The position numbers and the translations under genes are program-made. Under the pieces are notes generated by a model. That model made no database searches, was not told the origin of the DNA, and saw nothing but the letters and a program-made list of their open reading frames with translations. A stretch of DNA of 26,162 nucleotides from a virus, in IMG/VR virus record IMGVR_UViG_3300007072_000039; one strand, given 5' to 3'. Position 1 is the first letter of the stretch; each line of letters begins with the position of its first letter. Shown here piece after piece: positions 15,254 to 24,635 of this stretch.

Positions 15254-15697
15254 CTATGCAAATGCACTGTAAGTTATCGAGCCGTAGGTTAGGAATGTGA
15301 TTTCGACGTGTTGTTCGCCTTCTACCACATTTTTTGGGGCGACATTTTGGATTTTGCTATTGGCAGCGGTGAAGGTTACGGTGCGGGTGGCGCCTGCCAT
15401 GTTTTTTTCGGTAACTATTAAAGCGGAAGGGGCAGAGTTCACGCCAGTCATGTTCAAGTAGTTCGCAGTAATCAACGCAGGCACAACATCCGCATCTAAA
15501 ACGACAACAAGCACGCATTCTTTGGGGTGGTCAGTGAGGCCTACAGGCACATGACTATTCGCCACAGTTCTCGAAGTGACCATTTCGCCGCCTCCTGCAC
15601 GCTGAAAACGCAATGCAACAGACACAACGCTGGTATAGGTGGTGGCTCCGATTGTTACGGACACTGGACTATTTTCACTTAAATTTGTATCAGGCAT
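15254..15697 (-). CDS. Putative tail tube protein, 147 aa
   Basis: Beta-rich, of suitable size, position after the tail terminator; strong GGAGG RBS. Confidence 0.55.
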   Translation of the reverse strand: MPDTNLSENSPVSVTIGATTYTSVVSVALRFQRAGGGEMVTSRTVANSHVPVGLTDHPKECVLVVVLDADVVPALITANYLNMTGVNSAPSALIVTEKNMAGATRTVTFTAANSKIQNVAPKNVVEGEQHVEITFLTYGSITYSAFA

Positions 15698-15718
15698 ACC
15701 TTATTTTTTTTCCTCCAT

Positions 15719-16171
15719 TTATGTTGTTGATTCAGTTATAGACTGAACTGTGACGATTGAAGAAAGCACCCAAACCTTACCATAGACATGGTCGTCATTT
15801 CTGACACCCCGTTCACAGCCGTAGGTTGGGTTGGCTTTAAAAATCCGCTGCACCTCTGCCACTGCAGCATCACGTAAAACATCTTTTTCACCCCGCGCAT
15901 AGCTCGGAGAATCCAACAGCCACACACCAACCTCAAATTGGGTTTTTCGGGTGTATGGCACTCTTAGGGTGCTTAAGAAACGGCTAGAGACCGATTCAGC
16001 TTCTTTGACGCTGATAAGTACATCGGCTTTCTCGTTTTGCAGGTAATCTTTTTGCATGTTCGCAGGAACATACCAAGCAACCACCGCAACACGCGCCGTA
16101 CGGTTACGATAGGTGAGCGTAGCTAAATTAGAAGATAACAAAGAAACAATATCGGCTTTAGTCATCTTCAC
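15719..16171 (-). CDS. Putative tail terminator/completion protein, 150 aa
   Basis: Position; TQFEVGVW...LRDAAVAEVQRIF...SSIVTVQ strand-helix-strand pattern. Confidence 0.55.
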   Translation of the reverse strand: MKMTKADIVSLLSSNLATLTYRNRTARVAVVAWYVPANMQKDYLQNEKADVLISVKEAESVSSRFLSTLRVPYTRKTQFEVGVWLLDSPSYARGEKDVLRDAAVAEVQRIFKANPTYGCERGVRNDDHVYGKVWVLSSIVTVQSITESTT

Positions 16172-16793
16172 CTAACACTTCACTAGTCACAAAGATTTTA
16201 GGAGCCCTCGACGCAGTATGATAAGCAGCTTGGATGTAGGCCTCTAATTCTGCTTTAGCATCCGACACATACGGGTGCCGCGCATCAGCAGTATCCCGCT
16301 GCAAAAACATCCCCGCAGCATAAAAACTAGCGATTCGAGCTATTTCTGGCGGCACAGGATCAAGCGGCAAACGCGACTCCCCTGCACGCCGCAGAGCGGT
16401 ATTGATGAAGTCAGTGGCATCATCCAAATAACCTGACAAATCAACATCTTTAGCCGTTGTATCAGACAAATTACAGAGACGCTTCACCACTGACAAGGTA
16501 CCATAGGGCTGCGTAGATACGTTAAAAGGCTCCTCAAACGTCAAAGTTTTATCGTCATCCGTAGTGGCAACAACCCGCCTAATCCAAGTACCACTCGCCG
16601 CGTCAACAGGCAAACTCCAAACCAACTCATAAACACCCTCACCAGTCCGCGTCAAATCCAAAAGAGACAAAGCACCCTCTACGGTTTTTGACGGCGAAAC
16701 AAACTCCACCGTAACCGACACAGGGTCATAGAGTTCGCCCTGGTCATCTTTGAAAGTTAAGGTTTCTATATAGCTATCTCCAGGATGAGTCAT
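16158..16793 (-). CDS. Ig-like (BppU-N-like) domain fused to a gp6/gp15-type head-tail adaptor, 211 aa
   Basis: N-half TLTFKD..G.LYDP.SVTV...GVYE..W..P...SGTW; C-half YGTLSVVK...YLDDATDFINTAL...PVPPEIARIASFYAA. Confidence 0.65.
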   Translation of the reverse strand: MTHPGDSYIETLTFKDDQGELYDPVSVTVEFVSPSKTVEGALSLLDLTRTGEGVYELVWSLPVDAASGTWIRRVVATTDDDKTLTFEEPFNVSTQPYGTLSVVKRLCNLSDTTAKDVDLSGYLDDATDFINTALRRAGESRLPLDPVPPEIARIASFYAAGMFLQRDTADARHPYVSDAKAELEAYIQAAYHTASRAPKIFVTSEVLGEDD

Positions 16794-16795
16794 GT

Positions 16796-17548
16796 TTATT
16801 TTTCTCCTTCAACTTCAAGTTTTCTTCGTGAACCATCCAAAACAAGTTCACGTTTTTCACCTATTATAGTGAGGTTGCGGCGTTCTCCGCTGAGAGCGCC
16901 ATGGCGCCGTTGGGTCTCTGTAGCTTGGCTTCTGCGAGTAGCATACAAATAGAGCCGCCTAATGACGCGGGCAAAATGTTCAACGAAAGCAGAGGCTAAA
17001 GTAAGTTGCACCGTGAAATTCCGTGCCAAAGATAACCAACGATTTACGCTAGCCACCACACCTATTGAAGCGGTAAATACACGGATGGCCGTGGTTAAGC
17101 GGTTGAAGTTTGAGGCTAAGGTGGTTTGTGTGTTAAACCCGCGTAAGGCTGTGTAGAGGCGGCTAAACGTGCTTGAAGCCGTCAACGAAACACTTAGTTG
17201 CCGCATGAAAAACGTGATTCTATCAGTTAAATTCGCTTGTAAGGTCAAAGTTGAGGTAAAGCTGCGGGTAAACATAAACACTTTATTTAACAATGCAGCC
17301 AATGAGGCATTAGCATTGAAGACCCTAATCCCGCTAAACCAGCGACTAAACCCGCCCTGCAACGTTGCAGCAACAGTTAAGTTGCGAATAGGTTTGAATT
17401 GCCGCCCTAAATTACTTGACAAGGCTGCAGCGGCAGTGATGGATCGCTCAATTAATGTGGTCAGTGTACTTCTGCTGAAATACCGCCTACTACAATAGCG
17501 TGTGGAAAGATACTTTGCACTGAAATACGCACCCATACTATGTTCCAT
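16796..17548 (-). CDS. Basic beta-repeat virion protein (~8 repeats of 20-21 aa), 250 aa
   Basis: Repeats of the form xRxFxxxxTLxAxFxRxxxx (e.g. LRGFNTQTTLASNFNRLTTA, ARNFTVQLTLASAFVEHFAR). Confidence 0.7.
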   Translation of the reverse strand: MEHSMGAYFSAKYLSTRYCSRRYFSRSTLTTLIERSITAAAALSSNLGRQFKPIRNLTVAATLQGGFSRWFSGIRVFNANASLAALLNKVFMFTRSFTSTLTLQANLTDRITFFMRQLSVSLTASSTFSRLYTALRGFNTQTTLASNFNRLTTAIRVFTASIGVVASVNRWLSLARNFTVQLTLASAFVEHFARVIRRLYLYATRRSQATETQRRHGALSGERRNLTIIGEKRELVLDGSRRKLEVEGEK

Positions 17549-18488
17549 CCAATGTCACAGCAGTTCTGTTGCCATCGGTGTCTGTAGTTGCAACGATACG
17601 GTTTTTGCTATCTGCATTATCACGGAAAGTACTGCCATAGTTGCTGCTTTTTCCAGCTAAAGCAGCTAGATAAATTCGCAACATCTGCCGAAGAGTCAAA
17701 CCGTTTTCGCAGACTTCATCGAGCACATCATCAACGCCTGTAGCTGAAAGACGGAACCCTTCTTTATCAGTCAAGCTACGTGTGGCTACACTCCAAACAT
17801 CAGCGGCGCTGTGACTACTTCGGCTACTTATTGCCGCATCAATTCTACCAAGAATAGTGCTGGATATATTCAACAATTGCGGGTTGTTAATGTTATCAAG
17901 GTAGCCGATACGGGCTGATGTAATCGCTGGAACAGTCGCAAGGTTCGCGTTATTAATGTTATCTAAGTAACCTGCGCGAGTAGCCGTGTAAGCATCATCC
18001 ATAGTTTTAATTCGTTCATTGATGCTGTTAGCAGTAGGCGACGCAGGCACCGCAGTATCTAACGCCCCATCTACTTCGGCATTGACATCTGCTTTTTCCT
18101 GTGTAGTAAGCGCAAGAGAACTGTCACCTTTTTCTCGGACGTCCACCTGTAAACGGTCATCACCATAACGTGCATCAAAAAAGTTCGCGTCTAAAACTTC
18201 ACATTCCACCCGAACAGGCAAAGCACCCGACACCTGCACAAACATCACCATAGGGCCTTTAGTGTTCGTATCGGTAGCATCAAGAACCGCGTAATATATG
18301 CCACCGCTAATGTGAGTTGCGCCGCCACTGTTCTTATTCGCTAAGGTTGTGGCGCCATTCTTCCACAACTTAATATCGGTATTCGCAATAGTTAATCCAG
18401 TTTCAGCAGTTTTCCCATCAGTATCATCCAAAAAAGGCCCTATGGGAACCTCTTGACTTGCAGTATTATACTTTAAGGGTATGGTCAT
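17538..18488 (-). CDS. Putative virion structural protein, 316 aa
   Basis: ATG at 18488 overlaps the upstream stop (TAATG); Ig-like N-terminus, duplicated TxxRxGYLDNINN, C-terminal LTLRQMLR...GKSS...FRD...KNRIVAT.D.DGNR. Confidence 0.75.
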   Translation of the reverse strand: MTIPLKYNTASQEVPIGPFLDDTDGKTAETGLTIANTDIKLWKNGATTLANKNSGGATHISGGIYYAVLDATDTNTKGPMVMFVQVSGALPVRVECEVLDANFFDARYGDDRLQVDVREKGDSSLALTTQEKADVNAEVDGALDTAVPASPTANSINERIKTMDDAYTATRAGYLDNINNANLATVPAITSARIGYLDNINNPQLLNISSTILGRIDAAISSRSSHSAADVWSVATRSLTDKEGFRLSATGVDDVLDEVCENGLTLRQMLRIYLAALAGKSSNYGSTFRDNADSKNRIVATTDTDGNRTAVTLDGT

Positions 18489-20485
18489 TAGCTTATTCCC
18501 ATCTGTTTTAGGTGATGCATAATAACTGGAATACTCACAGTGATGTTGCTTCCTTCGAGCCATACGGCGTCTATTTGCCATGTAGATTGTGTGACATCGT
18601 CGCTGGTTGTGCCGTCGATAAAACGGATTTGCTCTGTGGATGCCACTATGTAGCTAGTTACATTGAAGGTGTTGTCAGTTGAAGCTGTTAATGCTCCGAG
18701 TGTTGTCCAAGTGGAGCCGTCGCGGATTTGGATGTTGAGGGTTTCTGCGGGGCTGCTGTAACTACCTGTTTTTACATGGAGAGTCCAAGTTGTGTAGCTT
18801 GAGTAGGGGATGTCGGTGAATTCTTCCTCTAATTCAAGGCGATAGTTGGGTGGAATAGGTTTCAGTGCTACAGCGAATGCATGTTTTGTTCCGTTGCTAC
18901 CAGTTGAAGTAGCATCCATGTTTCCTGTTGCGCCACTACCTGACCAAATCATGCTACAGAATTCAAACCAAAAGTCAGGTGTTGTACTTCCTGAATCGTA
19001 ATCTTCAACCCAATCAGATGTGGGTACGGAAGGTTTAGTGAAGGTTTGAGATGACGTGTTGTATTGCATACCGATGAAAATGAGTGGCGAATTAGCATTA
19101 GCAACTGTCATTGAAGCTGCTCGAACAGTGGTGTCGGATGTTCGGTATGCAGTGTTTGAAACGACATCTATTGGGTCGGATGGGTTAAAAGAACCTCCAG
19201 AGTATCCGAAGCTGGTGATTTTGTATTTTACTGTGTTGCTGAAACTGAAAGTATAACTGGATGGCTCACTTGCTCCAGCAATTTTATAATACAACGCATA
19301 TTTGTCAGAGTTAGAAGTGTATGAACCAAGTGAAGTAAACCCTGACGGTACACCGTCTATCGTGTATCCGCTGGTTGTGTACCATGCTACAGCGACGAAG
19401 ATAATGTCGCCTTCTACGATTCCTGTTGGTTTGTTTACGGTTACATCGTAGGGGCTGGTTAGTGAGGTTCCTTGTGCGTTTTGAGCGGTGCGGTAAGTTA
19501 ACGAACCTTGTGTAACGGTGTTGGCTTCCGTTAAGGTGTCGTAGGTTGAGTCGTCGGCTTGTTGGTTGGCGAAGTTTGAATGGGAGCCGATGTCGGCAAC
19601 TGAGTCTACGTTGCTGGTTTGGGTGATAAAAATGGTTGAGGTTTCTTGTTCAATGCCAATATAGGTATCTGCAAAGACAACATTATCAATATAATTTACT
19701 AATGGTGTACCAATACCCCAACAAGTTAATTCAAATAACACCACAGCAAATGTATGCGTGATAGTTTGGGAAGAATTACTTAGTATTTGTTGATTATCCA
19801 AATATAAAGTTATTGAGGCATTTCCATTGCCGTTAGTAACTGCTAACTCTAAACAATACCATGTATTTAAATCTAAAGTAACATTTGCCGAAGAAATATC
19901 ATTACTATCGTACCCAATGGTTAAAGATTTTTGTCCATTGGTATCGGTTAGCTTGACATATACGGATGGATACGCAAAGCTAGTGTCAAAAACATTTACT
20001 ATTTTTGTGTATGCATTAGTTGGGAATGACTCAAACTTAATGTACCATCTAACGTTTATTGTTGAAGTGGAGGTTGAGATTCTTTTCCAAAAATTGCTTG
20101 AAGCATTAGTTGCATCTATTTTAGCAGAGTATGTTCCCTTATAAGAAGTTGAAGAAACTACTGATACGTTACCTGATGTCCATGTCCAATTTGAGAAGTC
20201 GGCACTTTCAAATCCATCATTAAAAAAAACTGTGAAGTACCGAGCTAAATAGTTGCGGTGTGCTTCACTTAGGGTTGGAAAAATCTTTTGGTGAACATAC
20301 GCCGATAACTCTTTTTCATGCTCTCGCTGTAATAGTTTTCTTGGGCATTTAACGGCGAAGTTTAGCGGAAACTTTTCACCGCAATAAGGACATTGTTGGG
20401 TGTTTTGTTCAATTGGGTTTTTGCATTTTGGGCAGAAAAAAACCCTTTTTGGGAAAAGGTGAGTTAACCATTTACGGATTCGCAT
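18488..20485 (-). CDS. Multi-domain adhesin-like protein: double Zn ribbon + LamG/ConA-like + beta-sandwich domains, 665 aa
   Basis: CPKC/CPYC at the N-terminus; FNDGFESADFSNW...LNTWYCLE...LYLDN...YIDNVVFADTYIG lectin-like domain; Thr/Ser-rich C-terminal domains. Confidence 0.75.
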   Translation of the reverse strand: MRIRKWLTHLFPKRVFFCPKCKNPIEQNTQQCPYCGEKFPLNFAVKCPRKLLQREHEKELSAYVHQKIFPTLSEAHRNYLARYFTVFFNDGFESADFSNWTWTSGNVSVVSSTSYKGTYSAKIDATNASSNFWKRISTSTSTINVRWYIKFESFPTNAYTKIVNVFDTSFAYPSVYVKLTDTNGQKSLTIGYDSNDISSANVTLDLNTWYCLELAVTNGNGNASITLYLDNQQILSNSSQTITHTFAVVLFELTCWGIGTPLVNYIDNVVFADTYIGIEQETSTIFITQTSNVDSVADIGSHSNFANQQADDSTYDTLTEANTVTQGSLTYRTAQNAQGTSLTSPYDVTVNKPTGIVEGDIIFVAVAWYTTSGYTIDGVPSGFTSLGSYTSNSDKYALYYKIAGASEPSSYTFSFSNTVKYKITSFGYSGGSFNPSDPIDVVSNTAYRTSDTTVRAASMTVANANSPLIFIGMQYNTSSQTFTKPSVPTSDWVEDYDSGSTTPDFWFEFCSMIWSGSGATGNMDATSTGSNGTKHAFAVALKPIPPNYRLELEEEFTDIPYSSYTTWTLHVKTGSYSSPAETLNIQIRDGSTWTTLGALTASTDNTFNVTSYIVASTEQIRFIDGTTSDDVTQSTWQIDAVWLEGSNITVSIPVIMHHLKQMGIS

Positions 20486-20909
20486 ACCTTAACCTACTGT
20501 ACCAGTTGCTTGGGATAGGTTCAGTGGAGATAGAAATTTGCGGTTGGGCGTCTTTTTCGGATTTGTAGATGGCGACGTATAGCGTGATTTTTGTTCCACA
20601 ACAAGGCATAGTGAAATTGACTTGCTGATTGATGTTGAGGGTATCTTTGGCCTCTACAACTTCTTTTAGCGCTAAAACCTCTTCTTTAGTTTTACCCTCA
20701 TTAATTTTCTGCTCCACAAGAGCATCTTTTGCAGTGATTACCCGCACCAAATTACTATCGACATTTTTAGTAAAAACCTTGTCAGTTGGCTTTACATTTC
20801 GGTTGCAGACAGGGCAATTAAAATTAGGCTTAACAACAAACTCCCCCTCTAGAGTCTGAGAAACTTCGACATTGTTAAAAAACAGTTTATCATTATTCCC
20901 CATCTCCAA
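20472..20909 (-). CDS. Zn-ribbon protein with a helical insertion, 145 aa
   Basis: CPVC ... MPCCG pair; coupled to the downstream gene. Confidence 0.7.
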   Translation of the reverse strand: MEMGNNDKLFFNNVEVSQTLEGEFVVKPNFNCPVCNRNVKPTDKVFTKNVDSNLVRVITAKDALVEQKINEGKTKEEVLALKEVVEAKDTLNINQQVNFTMPCCGTKITLYVAIYKSEKDAQPQISISTEPIPSNWYSRLRYANP

Positions 20910-20921
20910 ATTTAACCCCCT

Positions 20922-21437
20922 CTATGCCGCCGCTACCGAACCCGTCACAATGACCCTTAACTGATCTCCATTTACCAATGTAGCAGACGAAGCAAACTTT
21001 GCCGCATACATCATAGTAGCGCCAGAAGCAGAATTAAAAACAGCCCCCGTATAAACAGTGACACCCGACCCAGTGTAAGTAAAAGTCGTTTCAAGCTTCC
21101 ACGCCCCCGTACCCGCCTCATTACTATAAGTGCCAGACACCCGCTCTAAACCATCTGCATTCACTTCACCAGTCAACGACGTATCGCCAGCCGCAGGCGT
21201 ATAATCCGTACTACCCACCGTTAACTTATCAAACCCCGCAATACCACCATGAGCAGCCTGATGCAAGATAGCCCGAGCAACATTCAACCCCGCATTAGTA
21301 GTCACATTATGCACAGGTGCAGATTCCGCAATAACTTTACCGTTTCGTATGACTTGGAAACTCCAATATGTTTCCGCCTCAACATCAAAGCTAACGCTGT
21401 GACTAAGTAATTTCTTAAGTTTTTTGATAAACCACAT
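20922..21437 (-). CDS. Fibre-base/collar-like virion protein, 171 aa
   Basis: HNVTTNAGLN...GSTDYTPAAGDTSLTGE...R...NGDQLRV motif typical of viral fibre N-terminal domains; GGAG RBS favours the ATG at 21437. Confidence 0.65.
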   Translation of the reverse strand: MWFIKKLKKLLSHSVSFDVEAETYWSFQVIRNGKVIAESAPVHNVTTNAGLNVARAILHQAAHGGIAGFDKLTVGSTDYTPAAGDTSLTGEVNADGLERVSGTYSNEAGTGAWKLETTFTYTGSGVTVYTGAVFNSASGATMMYAAKFASSATLVNGDQLRVIVTGSVAAA

Positions 21438-21458
21438 ACAGATTCTCCTATAAAACAC

Positions 21459-21485
21459 TAAAAAAGAAAAAAGAAAAGAGAAAGC
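21459..21485 (-). terminator. Oligo-T terminator after the major capsid gene
   Basis: Minus strand CTTTCTCTTTTCTTTTTTCTTTTTT immediately after the MCP stop. Confidence 0.7.
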
Positions 21486-22427
21486 TTAGGTTAACAACGC
21501 AGTCAAGACGTAGCCAGCATCGTTAACAACACGCTGCGGCTGCATCCAATCACGGATAACCCAAGCATCAAACCCAGCAGCACTATTACGGTAACCTTCC
21601 GCCTCAACAGGCCCCTGACCCATCAAAACATACTTATTCTTGTCACACACAACCATCGCGGCTGCGGTAATGTTGTTGTCAAGTACGCCAGTGAATCCGG
21701 GGAGACCTGGAACTGGAAAGATTTTAGTTGCGGGGAATTTGACGCCTTCAAGTTGCCCTTTAACATATGCGTTGCCGAAGAATGCAGTCCAGACTGGTCT
21801 TGGCGCGATGAGTGTGTTGGCTTCGCCTGCTTCGTAGGTGTCTTCGATACTGGTTATGGCCGTTGCGATGTCGTCGTAGGGGTTGGTTGTGCTGGTCCAG
21901 TTTCCGCCTGCACCTGTACGTGTGCCGCCGTTTAAAGCTGTTGCGATTTGACTGTTTTTAGATGCCGCTATAGCGCCAGCTGCGTCTTCGATACTAAGTT
22001 GTAGGACATTGTGGCTTGCTCTGCGTGCAGCTTTGTCGCCGATGGCAACATGCACCTGATTCTTCCAGAGGTCAAAAGCTACACGGGTCCAACCCAACTT
22101 TTTAAGGTCAGGTTCGACAAGATCAGGAACTTTCTCTTGCGCAGACAGTTTAGTTGCGATGTCAACGCTGAATTCAAGGGTATCACTTGGGATGATACGG
22201 CAAGCGTTGCCAGCTAACACGTATTGGGGTCGTGCTAAGCCGAGAACTTCATCGAGCATCGTTGCGCTGTCGATGTCGGCTACGTCGTTCACGGTGACCA
22301 TAGCGGACATTTGGAAGTCTTTAACTTCGCCTAATCCTGCGGGTAGCTTGTAGAATTTGCCATCGCCAGGTTGGTCGAAGGCTGATTTGAAGATTCTGCT
22401 AAAAGTTTTTTCAGACATTTCATTCAT
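21486..22427 (-). CDS. Major capsid protein (HK97 fold), 313 aa
   Basis: Position after protease and decoration genes; E-loop-like VPDLVEP...W.RV.F.L.K; IAASKNSQIATAL; NPYDDIATAI; LIAP..VW; followed by a terminator. Confidence 0.85.
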   Translation of the reverse strand: MNEMSEKTFSRIFKSAFDQPGDGKFYKLPAGLGEVKDFQMSAMVTVNDVADIDSATMLDEVLGLARPQYVLAGNACRIIPSDTLEFSVDIATKLSAQEKVPDLVEPDLKKLGWTRVAFDLWKNQVHVAIGDKAARRASHNVLQLSIEDAAGAIAASKNSQIATALNGGTRTGAGGNWTSTTNPYDDIATAITSIEDTYEAGEANTLIAPRPVWTAFFGNAYVKGQLEGVKFPATKIFPVPGLPGFTGVLDNNITAAAMVVCDKNKYVLMGQGPVEAEGYRNSAAGFDAWVIRDWMQPQRVVNDAGYVLTALLT

Positions 22428-22431
22428 GCTC

Positions 22432-22878
22432 CTATAGGATGATTTTTACTGATGTTGCACCTGTAGCGACGTCTTCGTAGGCTTGGCCGAATGCAGCTTG
22501 ATTAGCTAACATTGCATTTTCTACGTTGGTTTCGTTGACTGTGCTGGTGACGTCTGCCATGCTGAAAACTTTAACTTCGCCTGCAGTGCTGTCGATGGTG
22601 AGTTTGTTGCCTTTACGAATGGCGCCGTTGTTTGCGGTTTTCTGCACTTCAAAAACGCCTTTCACGCCCACGGTGATTGTGTGGACTGACGCTTCGCTGT
22701 AGTCGTGTGCTTCCAGTGCAACCATTGGTTTAGACAATGCAGCTAACGCTGCGGTTGCGGCTAAGAATCCGTTGCCGTCATCAACAACCATCTCGCCGAG
22801 TTCGATGTCTTCGTTTGCTTTAACTGTGACCTGCATAAGCATCAGGCCTTCAGTTCGAATTATGTCTCCTACTGCCAT
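22432..22878 (-). CDS. Head decoration/cement protein (beta-tulip, DUF2190-like), 148 aa
   Basis: VKANEDIELGEMV...MVALE...ITVGVKGVFEV...AIRKGNKL; lies between protease and MCP. Confidence 0.7.
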   Translation of the reverse strand: MAVGDIIRTEGLMLMQVTVKANEDIELGEMVVDDGNGFLAATAALAALSKPMVALEAHDYSEASVHTITVGVKGVFEVQKTANNGAIRKGNKLTIDSTAGEVKVFSMADVTSTVNETNVENAMLANQAAFGQAYEDVATGATSVKIIL

Positions 22879-22880
22879 GT

Positions 22881-23987
22881 TTATTTGCCTCCATTTTCAA
22901 TTTTTGGCGCGAACCCATAACTGGCACGTCTCTCCGCTATCGCAGCTTTGAGGTCAGTTACAGTTTGCGCATTGTATTTTGTCTTGGGTACTGGATTCGA
23001 CCCTTGAGCTTGAAGTTTCACAGAAACCTTCTGGGCATCTGCAATGAAAACTGACAGAACATCATTACTGTGTTTAGCAAGCATCTCACGTTCCAGTTTT
23101 TCGTCGCCTGCTATGCCAGCCTCTACACGTGCTTTGTAGGCTTGCTCTACAAGCGCCGCATGTTCTTGGTCTGCTTTGGCTTTCAGTTCAGCTTTGACTG
23201 CGTCGAGTGCTGCCTTGAGCTCTGCGATGGTTTTCTTTGCTTCTGCATTGGCTACGGCTGCCTGCTTTAGTTCAGCGATTTGGTTTTGCAGTTCCTGTTT
23301 TTCTTGCTCAAGTGCCGAGATTTTCTTTTCAAATTCTTCTATTTTTTCGGTCACTTTTTTGGTGTCTCCTGTAAGGGATGACTCTGAATTTTGGGAAACA
23401 TAGAATCCCGCTAACAATTCTAGGGGTACTTTTCGGGAGCTAGATTGACTAGCTAACTCCAAGAGGCCCGCCTGCGGGTAAGCGGGGACGTCTACAAAAT
23501 CTACGCGGGCAAAAACGAAGCTGTGAACCTGCTCGTAAGCATTTGAAGTTTTAAAGCATGGATGATTCTCTACAGCTTGAGAGTTAGGTTCTAATTCGGC
23601 GCCGCATAGGCTACAAGCCACATGATACGCATGAATCACCACGCTGGTAGCGCCTAACTCACCCTTTTCAAGCATACGCCACGCCTTCGCGTCAGATATT
23701 TTTGCGTCGCCAGTCGCGTAAGACCCCTTATTATCAAAAGCTACGAAAACACCGACATCCATCGTTTGCCCATCAGGGTAATGCTTATCAGTACGGTAAT
23801 CCAACCCCATACCCAACTTCTTACCCTTAAGTGATGGGAGAGCTTCAGCTAGAGCTTTCTCCGTAACACCCCACCGATTACGGTTACGGCTAGTGTTCAT
23901 TATGTAGAAAGTCGCAGTCTTCGACGCTGCATCAAGCTGATGCAACCCAGCATAGAAACTGTACTCTACAAGTTGCTGTTGACTCAA
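22881..23987 (-). CDS. Prohead protease with C-terminal coiled-coil scaffold, 368 aa
   Basis: DKH, GATSV and FVDVPAYPQA assemblin-like motifs; CSLC...HPC Zn insert; long C-terminal heptads. Confidence 0.8.
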   Translation of the reverse strand: MSQQQLVEYSFYAGLHQLDAASKTATFYIMNTSRNRNRWGVTEKALAEALPSLKGKKLGMGLDYRTDKHYPDGQTMDVGVFVAFDNKGSYATGDAKISDAKAWRMLEKGELGATSVVIHAYHVACSLCGAELEPNSQAVENHPCFKTSNAYEQVHSFVFARVDFVDVPAYPQAGLLELASQSSSRKVPLELLAGFYVSQNSESSLTGDTKKVTEKIEEFEKKISALEQEKQELQNQIAELKQAAVANAEAKKTIAELKAALDAVKAELKAKADQEHAALVEQAYKARVEAGIAGDEKLEREMLAKHSNDVLSVFIADAQKVSVKLQAQGSNPVPKTKYNAQTVTDLKAAIAERRASYGFAPKIENGGK

Positions 23988-24013
23988 AACATATTCCTCT
24001 CTGTTACTGTGAT

Positions 24014-24352
24014 TTAATAATCCATGACAAGTTCAAGCTGACAGCGACAATTCGGATGCACAGGAATCTTGGGATAAAACCAACCGACCCGATAGAACCC
24101 CGCACCGTCACCACCTAAGGATTTCTCGATACATTTCCAGCACACTTTGTCATCGTCCGCGATACGCCAAAACAACGCCTTCACACCGTTAGTGGGTGCA
24201 ACCATCTGCATAGCGCCATTAACTACTTGAAAATGTAAGTCTTGAGCTAAACTGTCAAGGCGCATCGTTAACCCTTTAGGGGAACGCCAGAAATCCTCTG
24301 CCGCCGCCTCCAACTGCATATGCAAGCTACAGTTACAGCGGTACTCAGACAT
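24014..24352 (-). CDS. MuF/SPP1 gp7-like head morphogenesis protein, C-terminal core, 112 aa
   Basis: FWRIADDDKVCWKC...PKIPVHPNCRC; probable start at MSEY (24352). Confidence 0.8.
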   Translation of the reverse strand: MSEYRCNCSLHMQLEAAAEDFWRSPKGLTMRLDSLAQDLHFQVVNGAMQMVAPTNGVKALFWRIADDDKVCWKCIEKSLGGDGAGFYRVGWFYPKIPVHPNCRCQLELVMDY

Positions 24353-24635
24353 CGGCAACCACCATCTGCCAACGCTTAAGCGCCTCTTCAAGCGCCACCG
24401 TTAACTCGCTACGGTCGCCTTCAAACTTTAAACCACGCTTTTCCAACCAAACCCGTATGTCAGACTCAGCAACTTTAAAAGACCGCTGTATAGCATATTG
24501 CCCATCTGCATCCAGTTGCAACTTGGATATTTCCCCACGCCTAAACCGCCGCAGCAACAAACGCAACTCACGCTGCAACCGAAAAACACGGCGATCCACA
24601 AGCTCAGTTGGATAGAGTAACCGCTTAGGCGCCAT
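24345..24635 (-). CDS. Helical basic protein, possibly the N-terminal part of a split MuF, 96 aa
   Basis: Between portal and the MuF core, overlapping both. Confidence 0.65.
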   Translation of the reverse strand: MAPKRLLYPTELVDRRVFRLQRELRLLLRRFRRGEISKLQLDADGQYAIQRSFKVAESDIRVWLEKRGLKFEGDRSELTVALEEALKRWQMVVADV

